From NCBI RefSeq assembly GCF_006345805.1, contig NC_042997.1:188232001-188296000 (forward strand): a stretch of 64,000 nt of DNA, given 5' to 3'. The stretch is from Octopus sinensis. Lineage: Eukaryota. Position numbers and translations under genes: made by a program. Below, one piece after another: positions 14,087-27,149 of this stretch (its first letter is position 1; each line of letters opens with the position of its first letter). The notes under the pieces were generated by a model. The model worked only from the letters and a program-made list of their open reading frames with translations, was not told the origin of the DNA and did no database searches.

Positions 14087-14560
14087 TATATATATATTAT
14101 ATATATATATATATACATATATATCTATATGTACATACATAGATATGCATATATATTGTATATATATATATATACACACACATATATATACACACACATA
14201 TATATACACACACATATATATACACATATATACATACATACACATATATACACACACATATATATACACACACATATATATACACACACACACACTCATA
14301 TATATCTATATATATATATATATATACATATATATCTATATGTACATATATATTTACACATATATACATATATATACACACACACACACTCATATATATC
14401 TATATGTACATACATAGATATGCATATATATTGTATATATATATATATATACACATACATATATATCTATATGTACATATATATTTACACATATATACAT
14501 ATATATCTATATATATATATATATAATATATATATATATATACACATACATACATATATC
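13445..14560. repeat. Compound (TA)n/(CA)n microsatellite field
   Basis: Directly visible dinucleotide repeats with reiterated longer sub-blocks. Confidence 0.95.
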
Positions 14561-15469
14561 TTAATCTCTATGGTTTCTCATTCTCTTCTCTCCTCCAGGC
14601 ATTTTGCTTGTTTGTGTTAACTACCACCAACAGCTCCACCACTGCCGCCAATAACACCTTCTCCTTTCATCCCCCACCACCACCACCACCACCCCTCCGC
14701 TTCTATCTTTTTCTCTGTCTTTATTGCTCTTCTAGTTGGGCATCTCTTTCAAATAATAAGAAAGTTAACACCAACAAGCTCATTCGTTTGCCGTCATGCA
14801 AAATTACATAGTGTGGTAAATATTTTATTATTGCCTTTATAAAACTTTATGTAATAAACATTCACATTATCAAATGTTTCTATATATTATTATTATTTTT
14901 TCAGATATTTCCATAATAAAACATGCAGTTGCCCACAGAATTGCAAACAGAATGACTTTGAAGCTTGCACCAAGCAGTTGCAGGAGTGTGCTTGGATGCA
15001 GTGGGGTGGACTGAGGTGCAGGGGAAGGTGGTGGTGGTGGTAGTGGTGAAGGCGGCGGCGGCGGTGGTTGTGGTGGTGGTGGGCTGTCAGATTTAGGATG
15101 GAAGAAATACATTTTCCAAATATTTAAAATTAATTCTGAAAGTGAGTTCAATACTTTATCAGCTTTGAGTAAATGATTTAATTTTATTTTTTTAATTTTC
15201 GTTTTGTTTTTTTTTTTTTTTTTTTTTTTGCATGTCAGAAATATCTTTACAATATCTCTAAGGTACCACATCTCATAAACAAGAAGAAATAATAACCACA
15301 ACCACAACAAGCAACAACAACAATAATAATCAATTCAGCAAAAGAAAAACAAAAACAGAAAGTGGTTGGCATGGCAACACTGATAACATAAACAAGCAAT
15401 GTGATAGTAATAACAATGCTAATACATTAGTAAACCTTGGTGTAATAACAATATCAACAACAATCAGTA

Positions 15470-15780
15470 ACTAACCACCACTGCAGTCACCACCACCACC
15501 ACCACCATCAGAACTATCCCCAACACATCACTACCACTGCCACTAACACACTACTACTTTGGCTAACATCATCAAAACTACTGCCACTGCTACCATCACC
15601 ATAACACCAGCACCACCACACTACCATCACTGTTACTATCATCACCACTATTATCACTACCATTACCACCACTAACAGCATCATCACTTCTACCATCACC
15701 ACCACCACCACCCTCACAGTTACTATCATCATCACCACAGTTACTAAATCTACCAGCACCACTACCACCATCATTACTGC
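15470..15780. repeat. Degenerate (CAC/CAT/TAC)n trinucleotide repeat
   Basis: Directly visible. Confidence 0.9.
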
Positions 15781-16021
15781 TGATTACAGTCAGTTTCTGC
15801 AGTCGAGGTTATTTACTAACCTTCTTTTTTTTTTAAAAAAACTTGAGATATAAAGTACTTAATGACCTTCAATATCCTCTAGTTTGTTTCATTGAAATAT
15901 TTAAACAGTTTCAAGTCAATTTATTTCCCTTACACTGCTAATGCTCTTTAGAATGCATAAATGATATACAATCTCACCCTATTATCTATACATTTTTTGC
16001 TACCTGGTTACTAAATCAATA

Positions 16022-16238
16022 TTGGTTTCAAATTTTTGTACAAAGATAGCAGGTTTGTGGGAGGGGCTAATTTGATTAAATCAACCTCGGTGTTAAACTG
16101 GTACTTATTTCATAGATCCTGAAAGGATCAAAGGCAAAGTCGACTCTGGTAGAATTTGAACTCTGAACGTATAGGCAGACAAAAAGCTGCTAAGCGTTTC
16201 GCCCAGTGTGCTAACAATTCTGCCAGTTTTCTACCTTG
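16022..16238 (-). mobile_element. SINE family B (B3 tail)
   Basis: AAAGGCAAAGTCGAC...GAATTTGAACTC...TTCTGCCAG reverse complement of family B. Confidence 0.85.
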
Positions 16239-16960
16239 TGGTTACTAGGTCAATATTGACAGCAGGTATGGCTGAATTGGTAAGATGTTTGGCTTGCAAC
16301 CTTGTAGTTTGGGGATCAGTCCCAATATGTGGTACCATGGGTATCATCTATTGTAGTTTTATGTAAACAAAGTCCTTGTGAGTGAAATTTATCAGAGAAA
16401 CTTACATACATACATACATACACACATACATACGTACATACATACATACATACATACACACATATGGGTGAAACAAATTGAGGAAGACCTGAAGTCACAG
16501 TGACTTGATCTTGAGCATGCTAAGTGCCATGGATCAGAAAGTGCCCTGGATCAGAAAGTGTGGAATAACCTCATCAGCAGAGTCCTTCATCCAGCAGCAC
16601 CCACAGCAGCGTATTGGTTGAGAGGATAGCCACTCCTCCACTCACCAGCTAGGGATATCTATCTCTCTACATACATACATACATGTGGTCTTGGGGAGAC
16701 AATGCAAATCTTTAATTCATACACTACAAATGATTGCAATATTTGGGACTATCAAAAACTGCAAGACCTTCTTAAGATTTAAAGGATAATGAAAAAACAA
16801 GATGCTTTCCCTCACAACCTTGACACCAGTCAGTTGGCCTGTCAAAATTTATTCTAAATTAAAAAGAGAAAGAGAACATACATACATGTGTGTGTGTGTG
16901 TGTGTGTGTGTACGTGTACAAATGTGTGTATATACATACATTCAGACATATGTAGTTACA

Positions 16961-17406
16961 TATGAGGGAGTTTTGCTGAAAAGTTCCTGGCCTTGAGGGT
17001 ATTATGAAAGGCCTGGTTGGAGGCCCAACCTTCTGAGTTATTTTACAGGGCTTAGAAAAACTGAAGGACTGCTGCAATCATCATCATCATCATCGTTTAA
17101 CGTCTGCTTTCCATGCTGGTATGGGTTGGACGGTTTGACTGAGGACTGGCGAGCCAGATGGCTGCACCAGGCTCCAATCTTGATCTGGCAGAGTTTCTAC
17201 AGCTGGATGCCCTTCCTAATACCAACCACTCTGAGAGTGTAGTGGGTGCTTTTACGTGCCACCAGCCTGAGAGCCAGTCAGGTGGTACTGGCAATGGCCA
17301 CACTCAAATGGCGTTTTCCTGAGGGGAATATATTGAATAAAATAATAATTAACTGATCCTCCTTATTTTTTATCCAATGCCAGGAACTTTTCAGCACTTC
17401 CTTGTA
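16961..17406 (+). mobile_element. Mariner-derived non-autonomous element, interrupted by an RTE tail
   Basis: TIRs TA-TGAGGGAGTTTTGCTGAAAAGTTCCTGGC / GCCAGGAACTTTTCAGCACTTCCTTG-TA; transposase C-terminal remnant GLEKLKDCCN...GEYIE*. Confidence 0.85.
17078..17318 (-). mobile_element. RTE 3' tail fragment
   Basis: (CAT)n CGTTTAACGTC...GGATGCCCTTCCTAA. Confidence 0.88.
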
Positions 17407-17648
17407 CATACATATATACATGAAACTCAGTGAAATACTGCACTAACATATGGGACAGTGCTGCCATTGTTGCATGTACAAACACTCAAGAATACATTCC
17501 CCAAATGCTATCCAACAGATTTTAAAGGAACTACTGGTAGCCAACATATTCCAATGTGTGGTTTCCTAACTCTTCTTTTTCTGCAACAGTGATATGTGCT
17601 CCTTGGAGCCAGTTGGTCTTGTACTATTTCTGTCTAAGGCTGCTCAAC

Positions 17649-17877
17649 TTAACCATTTCGTTACCAACCCAGCTGAAACCAGCTCTGGCTCTGAGTAGAA
17701 ATGTCTTGTTATCATAAGTTTTGAATTAAAATCTTCCACCAAACCTTAGTCACAATTTATGTTTCCTAATACTAGCTTAATGATAACTAAGTTATTTTAC
17801 TAAATTCTTTTTTATACTTAAAGTAATTGAAAGAAACACAGAGCATCTCAAAATAAATACAGTAACAAAAGGGTTAA
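17649..17877. mobile_element. piggyBac-type MITE
   Basis: TTAA-CCATTTCGTTAC ... GTAACAAAAGGG-TTAA: short TIRs with TTAA target duplication. Confidence 0.8.
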
Positions 17878-18522
17878 CTAACTCTTCTGCTCGTTATCCA
17901 TGCTGTCACCTAATTTCCATTATAATCACCCCATTTCTGCACAAACTATCATTTTCAAAATTTCTTCCTTTCTAGAATTTTCTTTCTACCCAGGTTTCTC
18001 GTGCAGGCTTGCGAGGTTGTCCAAGATTCCACTGGATTCAGGGGGCCTGGAGAGGGTATGGATACAGCTCCATATTTCAGACCCAAACTTTAAAAAATGG
18101 TACATTTCTTTGTATGAAATCTGTAAACACCCCTTCTCTGGATATACAACCTTATCTACAGTTAAAACAAAAAAGAAAAAAAAGGCCTTATTGAATCTGC
18201 CAGCAAATGAAGTATTTTAATCCAGATCAGCCTGATGTCTATGTGGTGTGTTATATAGGTTTTGTATTTGATATTTTGTTGTTCTTCCTTATGTGATATG
18301 GTATCAAATATTTTGACTTCTTTCCAAATTGGTTTGTATGTAACTTTTAATAACATTCTTTCATGCAAAACTTATTGACTCCATTTCCTAGCTCTTGTAT
18401 TTTCTCACTCTTATCTTGACCTGTTTCAACTATGTAATACGTACATACATGCATGCATACATATATATATATGTAAATATATATACATGTGTGTGTGCAT
18501 TATTATTATTATTATTATTGTT

Positions 18523-20020
18523 AAGGCGGTGAACTGGCAGACTCATAAGCATGCTGAGCAAAATGCTTAGCAGTATTTCGTCTGCCACTACATTCTGAGT
18601 TCAAATTCCACCGAGGTTAACTTTGCCTTTCATCTTTTCAGGGTCAATAAATTAAGTACCAGTGAAACACTAGGGGTCAATGTAATCGACTAGTCCCCTC
18701 CCCCAAAATCTTAGGCCTTGTGCCAATAGTAGAAAGGATTATTATTATTATTATTAAGGCAGTGAACAGGCAGAATCGTTAGCACACCAGGCAAAATGCT
18801 TAGTGGTACATTGCCTGTTGCTTTGTTCTGAGTTCAAATTAAGTATGAGTGAAGCACTGGGGTTGATGTAATCAACTAGTCCCTTCCCAACAAATTTCAA
18901 GCTTTGTGCCTATAGTAGAAAGGATTATCATTATTATTATTATTATTATCATCATCATTATTATTAAAGGCAGTGAGTTGGAAGAATCGTTAGCACACCA
19001 GGCAAGATGCATTTCCTCTGTCTTTACATTCTGAGTTTAAATTCTGTCAAAGTCAACTATCTTTCATTCTTTTGGGGTCAATGAAGTAAGTACAATTTGA
19101 ACACTGGGGTCAATGTAATCAACTTACCCAACCCCTAAAATTGCTGGCTGTGTGGCAAAATCTGAAATTAGTATTATTACTACCTCCATCTTAGCAAAGA
19201 CGGAGGTATTGTTTTCAGTCGTGTTTGTTTGTTTGCTTGTTTATCCATGGACAAAATATCTCAAGAACCGCTGGATGAAACTTTCAGGGATATTTGGCCT
19301 CGTGACTGGCATAAACCAATTAGATTTTGGGATCAATCTGGTACTGGACAAGGATTCTGGATTATTTTTCCTGTTTTTTTTTTGTTTTTTTTTTTTTACT
19401 TAATTTTTGAGAGCGGTGAGGTTCATTTTCAGTATTGTCGTTTGTGAGAGCAGTCAAGTTTATTTCAGATATTCTCATTTTAAAAATAATCTCCATTTAT
19501 TGTTGAGAGAATGTTGGTGTTGCCTTGGCAGAGGTTTGTACTCTTGTTATTAATAAAATCGTTAGCACACTAGGCAAAATACTTAGCAGTATTTCATCTG
19601 CCTTCACGTTTTGAGTTCAAATTTCACCAAGATCAACCTTGCCTTTCATCTTTTCAGGGTCTATGAAATAAGTACCAGTTGAGTACTGGGGTCAACATAA
19701 TTGACTACCCCCCTCCCCAAATTTCAGACCTTGTGCCTCTAATAGAAAGGATTATTATTATTATCATTATTGTTATTATTATTATTACTAATGCAGTGAG
19801 CTGGGAGAATCGTTAGCACACTAGACAAAATACTTAGTGGTATTTCGTCTGCCTTTATGTTTCTGATTCAAATTCTGTTGAGGTTGACTTTACCTTTCAT
19901 CTTTTGGGGTTGATAAATCAAGTTCCAGTTAAGAACGGGGGGGGGGGGATCAACTTTCCCCATCTCCACAAATTTCAGGTCTTGTACCTATAGTAGAATG
20001 GATTATTATTATTATTATTT
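18523..20020 (+). mobile_element. Head-to-tail train of five SINE B copies (B2/B3 tails)
   Basis: Copies start near 18523, 18756, 18968, 19555 and 19790, each following a (TTA)n run. Confidence 0.88.
19178..19545 (+). mobile_element. Helentron-associated (HINE/DINE-1-like) non-autonomous element
   Basis: 5' TACCTCCATCTT..AAGACGGAGGTA hairpin, (GTTT)n, 3' subterminal CCTTGGCAGAGG; second copy at 44465-45017 has the terminal hairpin. Confidence 0.7.
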
Positions 20021-20103
20021 AAAAGAGTTTGATTTGACCCCATGCAATTTAAAGTTTTGTAGGTTTGTCACATGAACATAGCTCATCAGGCTCAGGCAAC
20101 CAA

Positions 20104-20139
<36 letters not shown>

Positions 20140-20163
20140 TTGGTTGTCTGAGCCTGGTCACAA

Positions 20164-20549
20164 GGCGTAGGAGTGGCTGTGTGGTAAGTAGCTTGATTAC
20201 AAACCACATGGTTCCGGGTTCAGTCCTACTGTGTGGCACCTTGGGCAAGTGTCTTCTACTATAGCTTCACGCCGACCAAAGCCTTGTAAGTGGATTTGGT
20301 AGACGGAAACTGAAAGAAGCCCGTCGTATATATGTATGTGTGTGTATGTTCGTGTGTCTGTGTTTGTCTCCCCAACATCGCTTGACAACCGATGCTGGTG
20401 TGTTTACATCCTTCCATAACTTAGCAGTTTGGCAAAATAGACCAATAGAATAAGTACTAGGCTTACAAAGAATAAATCCTGGGGTCGATTTGCTCGACTA
20501 AAGGTGGTACTCCAGCATGGCCACAGTCACGAGTGAAACAAGTAAAAGA
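20164..20549 (+). mobile_element. SINE family A, full length
   Basis: A-box TGGCTGTGTGG, B-box GGTTCAGTCC, 3' GAAACAAGTAAAAG. Confidence 0.92.
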
Positions 20550-20562
20550 TATATATATATAC

Positions 20563-20810
20563 ATAATGTCAGTTTTCCATGCTGGCATGGGTTAGAAGGT
20601 TCGACAGGTTTCATAGTCTGTTTTGGCTTGATTTCTATGGTTGGATGCCCTTCCCAACAACAATCACTTTACAGAGTGTACTGGGTGCTTTTTACATGGC
20701 ACTATCACCAGTGCTTTTTATATGACACCAGCACTAGTACTTTTTATGTGGCACCAGCACTAGTACTTTTTATGTGGCACCAGCACCCACACCAATGCTT
20801 TCTATATAAT
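20563..20810 (-). mobile_element. Diverged RTE 3' tail with short tandem units
   Basis: TTTTCCATGCTGGCATGGGTT, GGATGCCCTTCC and repeated TTTTTATGTGGCACCAGCACTAGTAC. Confidence 0.75.
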
Positions 20811-21749
20811 ACCTTAGTTTTAGGATGGTACTTTCAGATTATCCTGGTTCTAATACTGGCAGGAATTGGTCACAAGTATTTCACAAGTACAGGGGAACAA
20901 CAGAAAATTATTCTGGCATTATACTTGTTAAATATCTTATGAATTTTTCCTGCAAACACTCCACAGTAAAGAAGTACCATTGAGACCAATTGTTTACTGC
21001 AGTAGATGCACCCTCTTTACTGAGGTGTTAAAATATTTATGATGATGGTGGTAATAATGATTTGTATGACCTCATGTTTACTACACAGTAAATATTTCAC
21101 AGATATTCTAATAAATACAACCTGATCTTCTGACTCAATGCTCTCAACCACTACAGACATCCATTAGTAGTTACAATTACATAGACTTATAGGATTAATG
21201 TATATGTGTGTCTGTGTGTGGTGTGTATGTATGTGCATACCTGGATAAATGTATATGTGTGTGCATGGTGTATGTGTGTATGCATGGGTATATGTGTGTG
21301 TATGCATTAGAACATGTATGCATGTGCATGGATGTATGTATGTGTATGTTCACGGGTGTATGTATGTGTGTTTTCAGTTGTAAATAAGTGTCACTGCTAT
21401 ATCTAAGAAGTAACATTCGTTTCCAGTTTTCTGTGAAAATATCCAGCTATGGGGAAATTTTTTACCTACCTTGGAAACAGTTGATAATTTGCAAGAGGAA
21501 AAGCATCCCCCCATAGAAAGTCTGCTGCAATGAATTCTATCTGACCCATACAAGCATGGAAAAGTAAATATTAAAATGATGATGATGACAATGATGATGA
21601 TGATCACCATGATGACCATCATCTTCATTAGCGTCTCAAACGAAAGGTCTTGGATTGAAACAGTGTGATTCACTCAGAATACGGAATGCAATTAGTAATT
21701 CCCATGTGAAGAAGGTCCTTCACATGGAACATCTATGAAGTGTTTAGTA

Positions 21750-22273
21750 CAGAGTAAACATGAGGGGGTCAAACTCTGGACAAAGTGGTGAGAAATGATC
21801 TTCAGATGTTGAGCCTCACAGGAGAGTTAACAAAGAACTGAGACTCCTGCCATTTTGCTGCACTTGAGAAAACATGTCAAGCTAAGTTGAATCGTGGCCA
21901 TCCATCCATACAGGCATGTCCTTTACAGCCATGACCCCTCCCCCTCACACATACGTACAATCTATCCTGTCAAAATTTTCCTACAACCCATTTTTCCAAT
22001 GCACACCCTCCACATATCCCACCACCTGCTGCAGGCCCCTACACTATCTCTCATGTGTCTATCCACACACTCTCCATGTCCTCACATATCTACCATACCA
22101 CCCCTCCCAGTCACTCCAATTTTCCCCACCACTTGCTACAGTCACTTCTTCTCCATCTCTAAACATCTCTCAACACTTTTATGGAACATCCCCTGCTATC
22201 CCCTCTATACCACTAATCAAGCTACTTACCACACAGCCACTCCTACACCTTGTGACCAGGCTCAGGCAACCAA

Positions 22274-22307
<34 letters not shown>

Positions 22308-22832
22308 TTGGTTGCCTGAGCCTGATGAGCTATGTTCATGTGACAAACCTATAAAACTTTAAATTGTATTGGGTCAAATCAAACTCTCCCCATCTCTGTT
22401 CCACCATCTCTCTCTCTCTCTTACACACACACACTCTCTCTCTTTCTCATTCCTATCTTTTTTCCTACAAGAGTAGAAAAGTATCTCCTCTGTATTAAGA
22501 CACCCACCTCTATTCCTTTATTATACTAGAACTTCCCAATTGGTACAAAGTCACTTCCCTTGGTTCCACACCCTCCTCCTGTTGAAAGGTCTTTGTCTTG
22601 CAAGTCACTTGATGACACTGTTGGTACTGTTATGTAAAAAAATACTGGTACCATACAAAAAGCACCCAATACACTCTGTAAAGTGGTTGGCAGCAGGAAG
22701 GGCACCCAGCCATAGAAACCATGCCAAAGCAGACAATGGAACCTGGTGCAGTGCTCTGGCTTGCCTAGCTCTTATCAAACTGTCCAATTCATGCTAGTAT
22801 AGAAGATGAACGTTAAATGATGATGATGATAA
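21750..22832 (+). mobile_element. RTE 3' end of a subfamily with a long C/T-rich 3' UTR
   Basis: WTKVVRNDLQMLSLT...FAALEKTC; colinear with 50700-51700; (GAT)n tail; interrupted at 22214-22387. Confidence 0.8.
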
Positions 22833-22877
22833 GCATCATCATCTCCATAATTAAGGTTTTAACATCAAGATAAGGAG

Positions 22878-24145
22878 TGTGCCTCAGTGCAGTTTCTAGG
22901 TCTGTTAGAAGTAGCAGCCAAATCTCCCTCAAATCACACCACTCTGTCTTAAAAGATTAAGGATACACTGAATTATATAGAGCCGGATGCATTATTTCTG
23001 AATAAAAGTGGGGATAGTCATAGCTGGAATGCTTATATCATAGATTTGGTCTATTAGAGTTGACCCTAGGCAACAAAATTTTAACTACTTTTCTTTATTG
23101 CCATAGGTTGGACAGGGTTTCCACAACTAAGGCATGTCTACTCTGCATGCCTTAGTTGAAGCCCAACCACTCTTTCATTTCAGTTGTGCTCTATGGCTTG
23201 ACCTGTCAGAAATGATATCTAAATTTTCCTTACATCACACCTTACCATCTAGATTATATGACCACAAATATAGAATGTTTAAAGTAATAGATTGAGTGTA
23301 GCTGAACACTTTTGTTATAGGTCTACTTGATCAAAATTGAGCTGGGGTAAAACAATGATTTGTTTTTATAAAGGCTAGCACATCCTAAGATCCATCAGAA
23401 TCTTGTGTTACACATATCTTAATACTGTAGCACAGATATGAATAGTTGGGAAATATCACACACATTTGGCTGTACCTAAGTGAAGTACCCTTAAGACAGT
23501 AAAACCTCAATTCTAATACATTTTACTGTAATAAGTAAAAACTACAGCCAGAGACTGCAATAATCTTTATCGTAATACAGTATTAGTTACGGTGGCACGT
23601 AAAAAGCACCATCCAAACGTGGCCGATGCCAGTGCTGCCTTGACTGGCTTCTGTGCCAGTGGCATGTAAAAAGCACCAACCGATTGTGGCCGCTGCCAGC
23701 CTCCCCTGGCACCTATGCTGGTGGCACATAAAAAGCACCCACTACACTCATGGAGTGGTTGGCATTAGGAAGGGCATCCAGCTGTAGAAATACTGCCAGA
23801 TCAGACTGGAGCCTGGTTTAGCCTCCTGGCTTCCCAGACCCTAGTCAAACCGTCCAACCCGTGCAAGCACAGAAAACGGACGTTAAACGATGATGATGAT
23901 GAATGTCTTACAGTTTTAATATTTTAGCATTCTGTGTTTAGAGTTGTGGTTGGTGGTGTTTAATCTTAGATCAGGCCTGAGTGACCAAGTCTGTGAGCAA
24001 AAGCATTCCAACAATGACAGTTCCATCCTTTAAAGTGTATCTAGAATCACACTACATTTAATAGGTCTTTCCCATTTTTAAGATCATGAAGTGTGATTAG
24101 AGACAGATTTAGCTGCTATTTCAAATGGGTCAAATGGTCACGTAG
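22878..24145. repeat. Three diverged copies of an unclassified about 200-bp interspersed repeat
   Basis: TAGCAGCCAAATCTCCCTCAAATCACAC...GCTGGAATGC motif at about 22878-23078 (+), 23178-23355 (+), 23955-24145 (-). Confidence 0.65.
23589..23901 (+). mobile_element. RTE 3' UTR/tail fragment
   Basis: Three GTGGCAYRTAAAAAGCACC units, conserved tail, (GAT)n. Confidence 0.88.
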
Positions 24146-24314
24146 TAAGCTCCATCTTTGGTTCCTATTTAGTGCATGGCTTGAATATTTCAAGGTGTCT
24201 CTATTGTAAATAGCATAATATTCTGCTGCATCATCTATGCCATCAGTCTACAGCAAACGGTGGCTCATGACACTTTCTAGATGACATCCTAATTAAAAAT
24301 TATCTTTAATTTTT

Positions 24315-24693
24315 CAGTAGGAGTGGCTGTGTGGTAAGTAGCTTGCTTACCAACTACATGGTTCTGGGTTCAGTCCCACTGTGTGACACTTTGGGCAAGT
24401 GTCTTCTACTATAGCTTCAGGCCAACCAAAGTTTTGTGAGTGGATTTGGTAGACGGAAACTGAAAGAAGCCCGTATATGCATATACGTGTGTGTGTGTGT
24501 CTGTGTTTGTCTCCCCAACATCACTTGACAACCGATGCTGCCGTGTTTACGCTCCCGTAACTTAGCGGTTCAGCAAAAGAGAATGATAGAATAAGTACTA
24601 GGCTTACAAAGAATAAGTCCTGGGGTCGATTTGCTTGACTAGAGGCAGTACTCCAGCATGGTCGCGGTCAAATGACTGAAACAAGTAAAAGAG
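24315..24693 (+). mobile_element. SINE family A, full length
   Basis: Colinear with 20164-20549. Confidence 0.92.
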
Positions 24694-26196
24694 TACTGTA
24701 ACCTACCTGACGATGAGCTATGACTCATGTAGCCCACTTCTCAAAAAAGATTGCCTATGCCTGATCTATGCAATTAGATTAGTCTTTGCTACTTATTGAA
24801 ACTGTTGGAGTTTTTTTCAATTTTTATTAGTGGTGAGTCCCTTAGCTGATTTGATAACTGGTACACCAAAACTTCTTTCCTCACATGGAACTATCATCAC
24901 TTAATTCAGAACCAACAAGTATACACTATTTCTCCTTACAGCAACAAGCTTTGCCTATTCAGACAGATATTTAGGGCTAAGTAGAATGGTCCATTAACAG
25001 TTCAGAGTCATTGTCAGGAACATAACATGGCACAAAGGAATGGATTTAATCTATTCACCTTTTTTCTGGCTATCAAATCCAACATAGCCTTAGAGATTTT
25101 CTCATGTCAACATTCTATGAATTTCAATAGTTCATAGTAGAACAGTCATCTTTAGTCACTTAGTATAGCAGTGACTGTTATGTTATACTGTCTTTTGTGT
25201 CTCCACTATGATAGTTACTGTTATCTATAGTATCATCATCATCAACACTGTCATCATCTTCATCATCATCATCATCTATTGAGCCTTTTCTGTCTTTAGA
25301 TTGTCTATACTCGATATGGACGTGAACTTTTGAGTTTGGCACCCTTTATATTTTTGTCTTTTGGTTTCATTAGTCCATCTTGAAGATGGTTACTTCATAT
25401 AATGATGATGTAGACAGGATTTTGGATTTAAAATGTACAAACCAGGGATAGATAATGCTGAAACATCCCTGCACTATCCATCTATTCATCATCTGATTCT
25501 CTAATGATTCCATCCATCCACCCACCTACACTGGAACTTTCTTTATCAACCTCAAAAGGATGATAGAATGAAAAGCAAAGCATCTATATTACACAAGCCA
25601 TTACTATCATTAGCATTGTAGTCTTTTCAGACTGTTTTACAAAACTCTCTATATATATATATTTGTAGTATAGCTGTCACTACTTTCCACTGTATAGTAG
25701 TCTTTATTACTTTGAGTATAGTAGTTTAATATCAATAGCACAGCAGTCATTGTAGTCTATCTATGTTACAATAGCTTTAATGTCTATAGGTATAGAATTC
25801 ACTACTTTCAATGATATAGAAGTCACTAATCTGTTCACTGTAGTTATCTTTACTGTTTATAGTACAGTAATTGCTATTCCCAAGAGTATTGTAGTTTCCA
25901 CTCTTTTCTCACCAGTACAAGGCATAAAAATTCACTGGCAATCATAATAATAAGATGAGGAATTATAAAATTTTACAATATGTAAAACACACACACACAC
26001 ACATATATGTTTGCATATGTGTTTTTTTCGTGTTTATTATTATTTATTTATCTATTTTCTCCTGTTATTTCCTCAGCAAGGATATTTACAAGAAATATGT
26101 GGGGATGATTCAAAACCCAATTCCATAAGTTGATAGCTATTTTTCCTTCACCAAATATATGCCATCTTTTCTCTTACTTTTTCTTTCTTTCCTTTC

Positions 26197-26238
<42 letters not shown>

Positions 26239-26880
26239 CTCTCTTTCCTTCTCCCTCTCTCTTTCTTACTTTTTTGTTCTTTCTACAGCACTGGAGAGCT
26301 TTGTTTCTTCAAAAAATACAGGAAAAAATACAAACGAATAAATAAATGTAATATAAAAGTAAATAAATAAAAAATAACAAAAAACAAAAAAAACAAGTCA
26401 GAACAGAATCAAATAAAGAAAACAAAGAAAGAAAGAAACAAACAACGAATAAATGAACAAACAAAATTAAACACAACAACAACAACAAAAAACAAGCAAA
26501 TATGAGCAAGCAAAGAAACAAAAAAAAAATGTAGAATAAAACATATTTAAATTAACCCATGATGAGAATCACACACATGCTTACACACACACACACACAC
26601 CACAGGCATATGCACACAAATACACACACAAACGCACACACATATATAGATGCACACGCATAAGCATACACATTCACAGAACGCTTCCACATATGAATAC
26701 GCATAGAAATATTGCATCTTCTGGTGATCAATACAGATTCTGCTAGCAACCACAAAATGTCATTAAAGTACAAGAAAACACATGACAAATTTCATATGAT
26801 TCACAATAAGGATAAACAGCAATATAATACGACTGTTAGCTGTTATGTGTGTATGAGAGAGTGTCTGACTGTGTGCGCAT

Positions 26881-26912
<32 letters not shown>

Positions 26913-27114
26913 CTAAGAGAGAAAGAGAGGGAGGAAGAGAGAGAGAGAGAGAGAGGTAGTGTGTGTGTGTGTGTGTGTTGGTGTTGTGTGCCAGAGTGTA
27001 CATGTGTGTGTGTCTGTGTGTGTGATTGAATAAATGTGATAGAAAGAAAGAGTGCTTGTGTGAGAACATGTATGAAAGAACATGTGTGTGGTGTGTCTGT
27101 GCGTATGTACACTT

Positions 27115-27149
<35 letters not shown>

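Noticed and set aside
13403-14620. Long His/Ile/Tyr and Cys/Val/Tyr ORFs
   Set aside because: Translations of (TA)n/(CA)n, which lack stops in several frames
14870-15310. 146-aa proline-rich ORF
   Set aside because: Built from poly-T and (GGT/GGC)n runs with a non-ATG start; no domain
20164-20240. tRNA gene candidates at SINE heads (also 50192, 59088)
   Set aside because: A/B boxes are present but each continues into a multi-copy SINE body and I could not form a full cloverleaf
24700-24812. CTGACGA ... GAAACTGTTGGAG hammerhead-like order
   Set aside because: Stem I does not pair convincingly and stem II would be about 85 nt of poorly paired sequence
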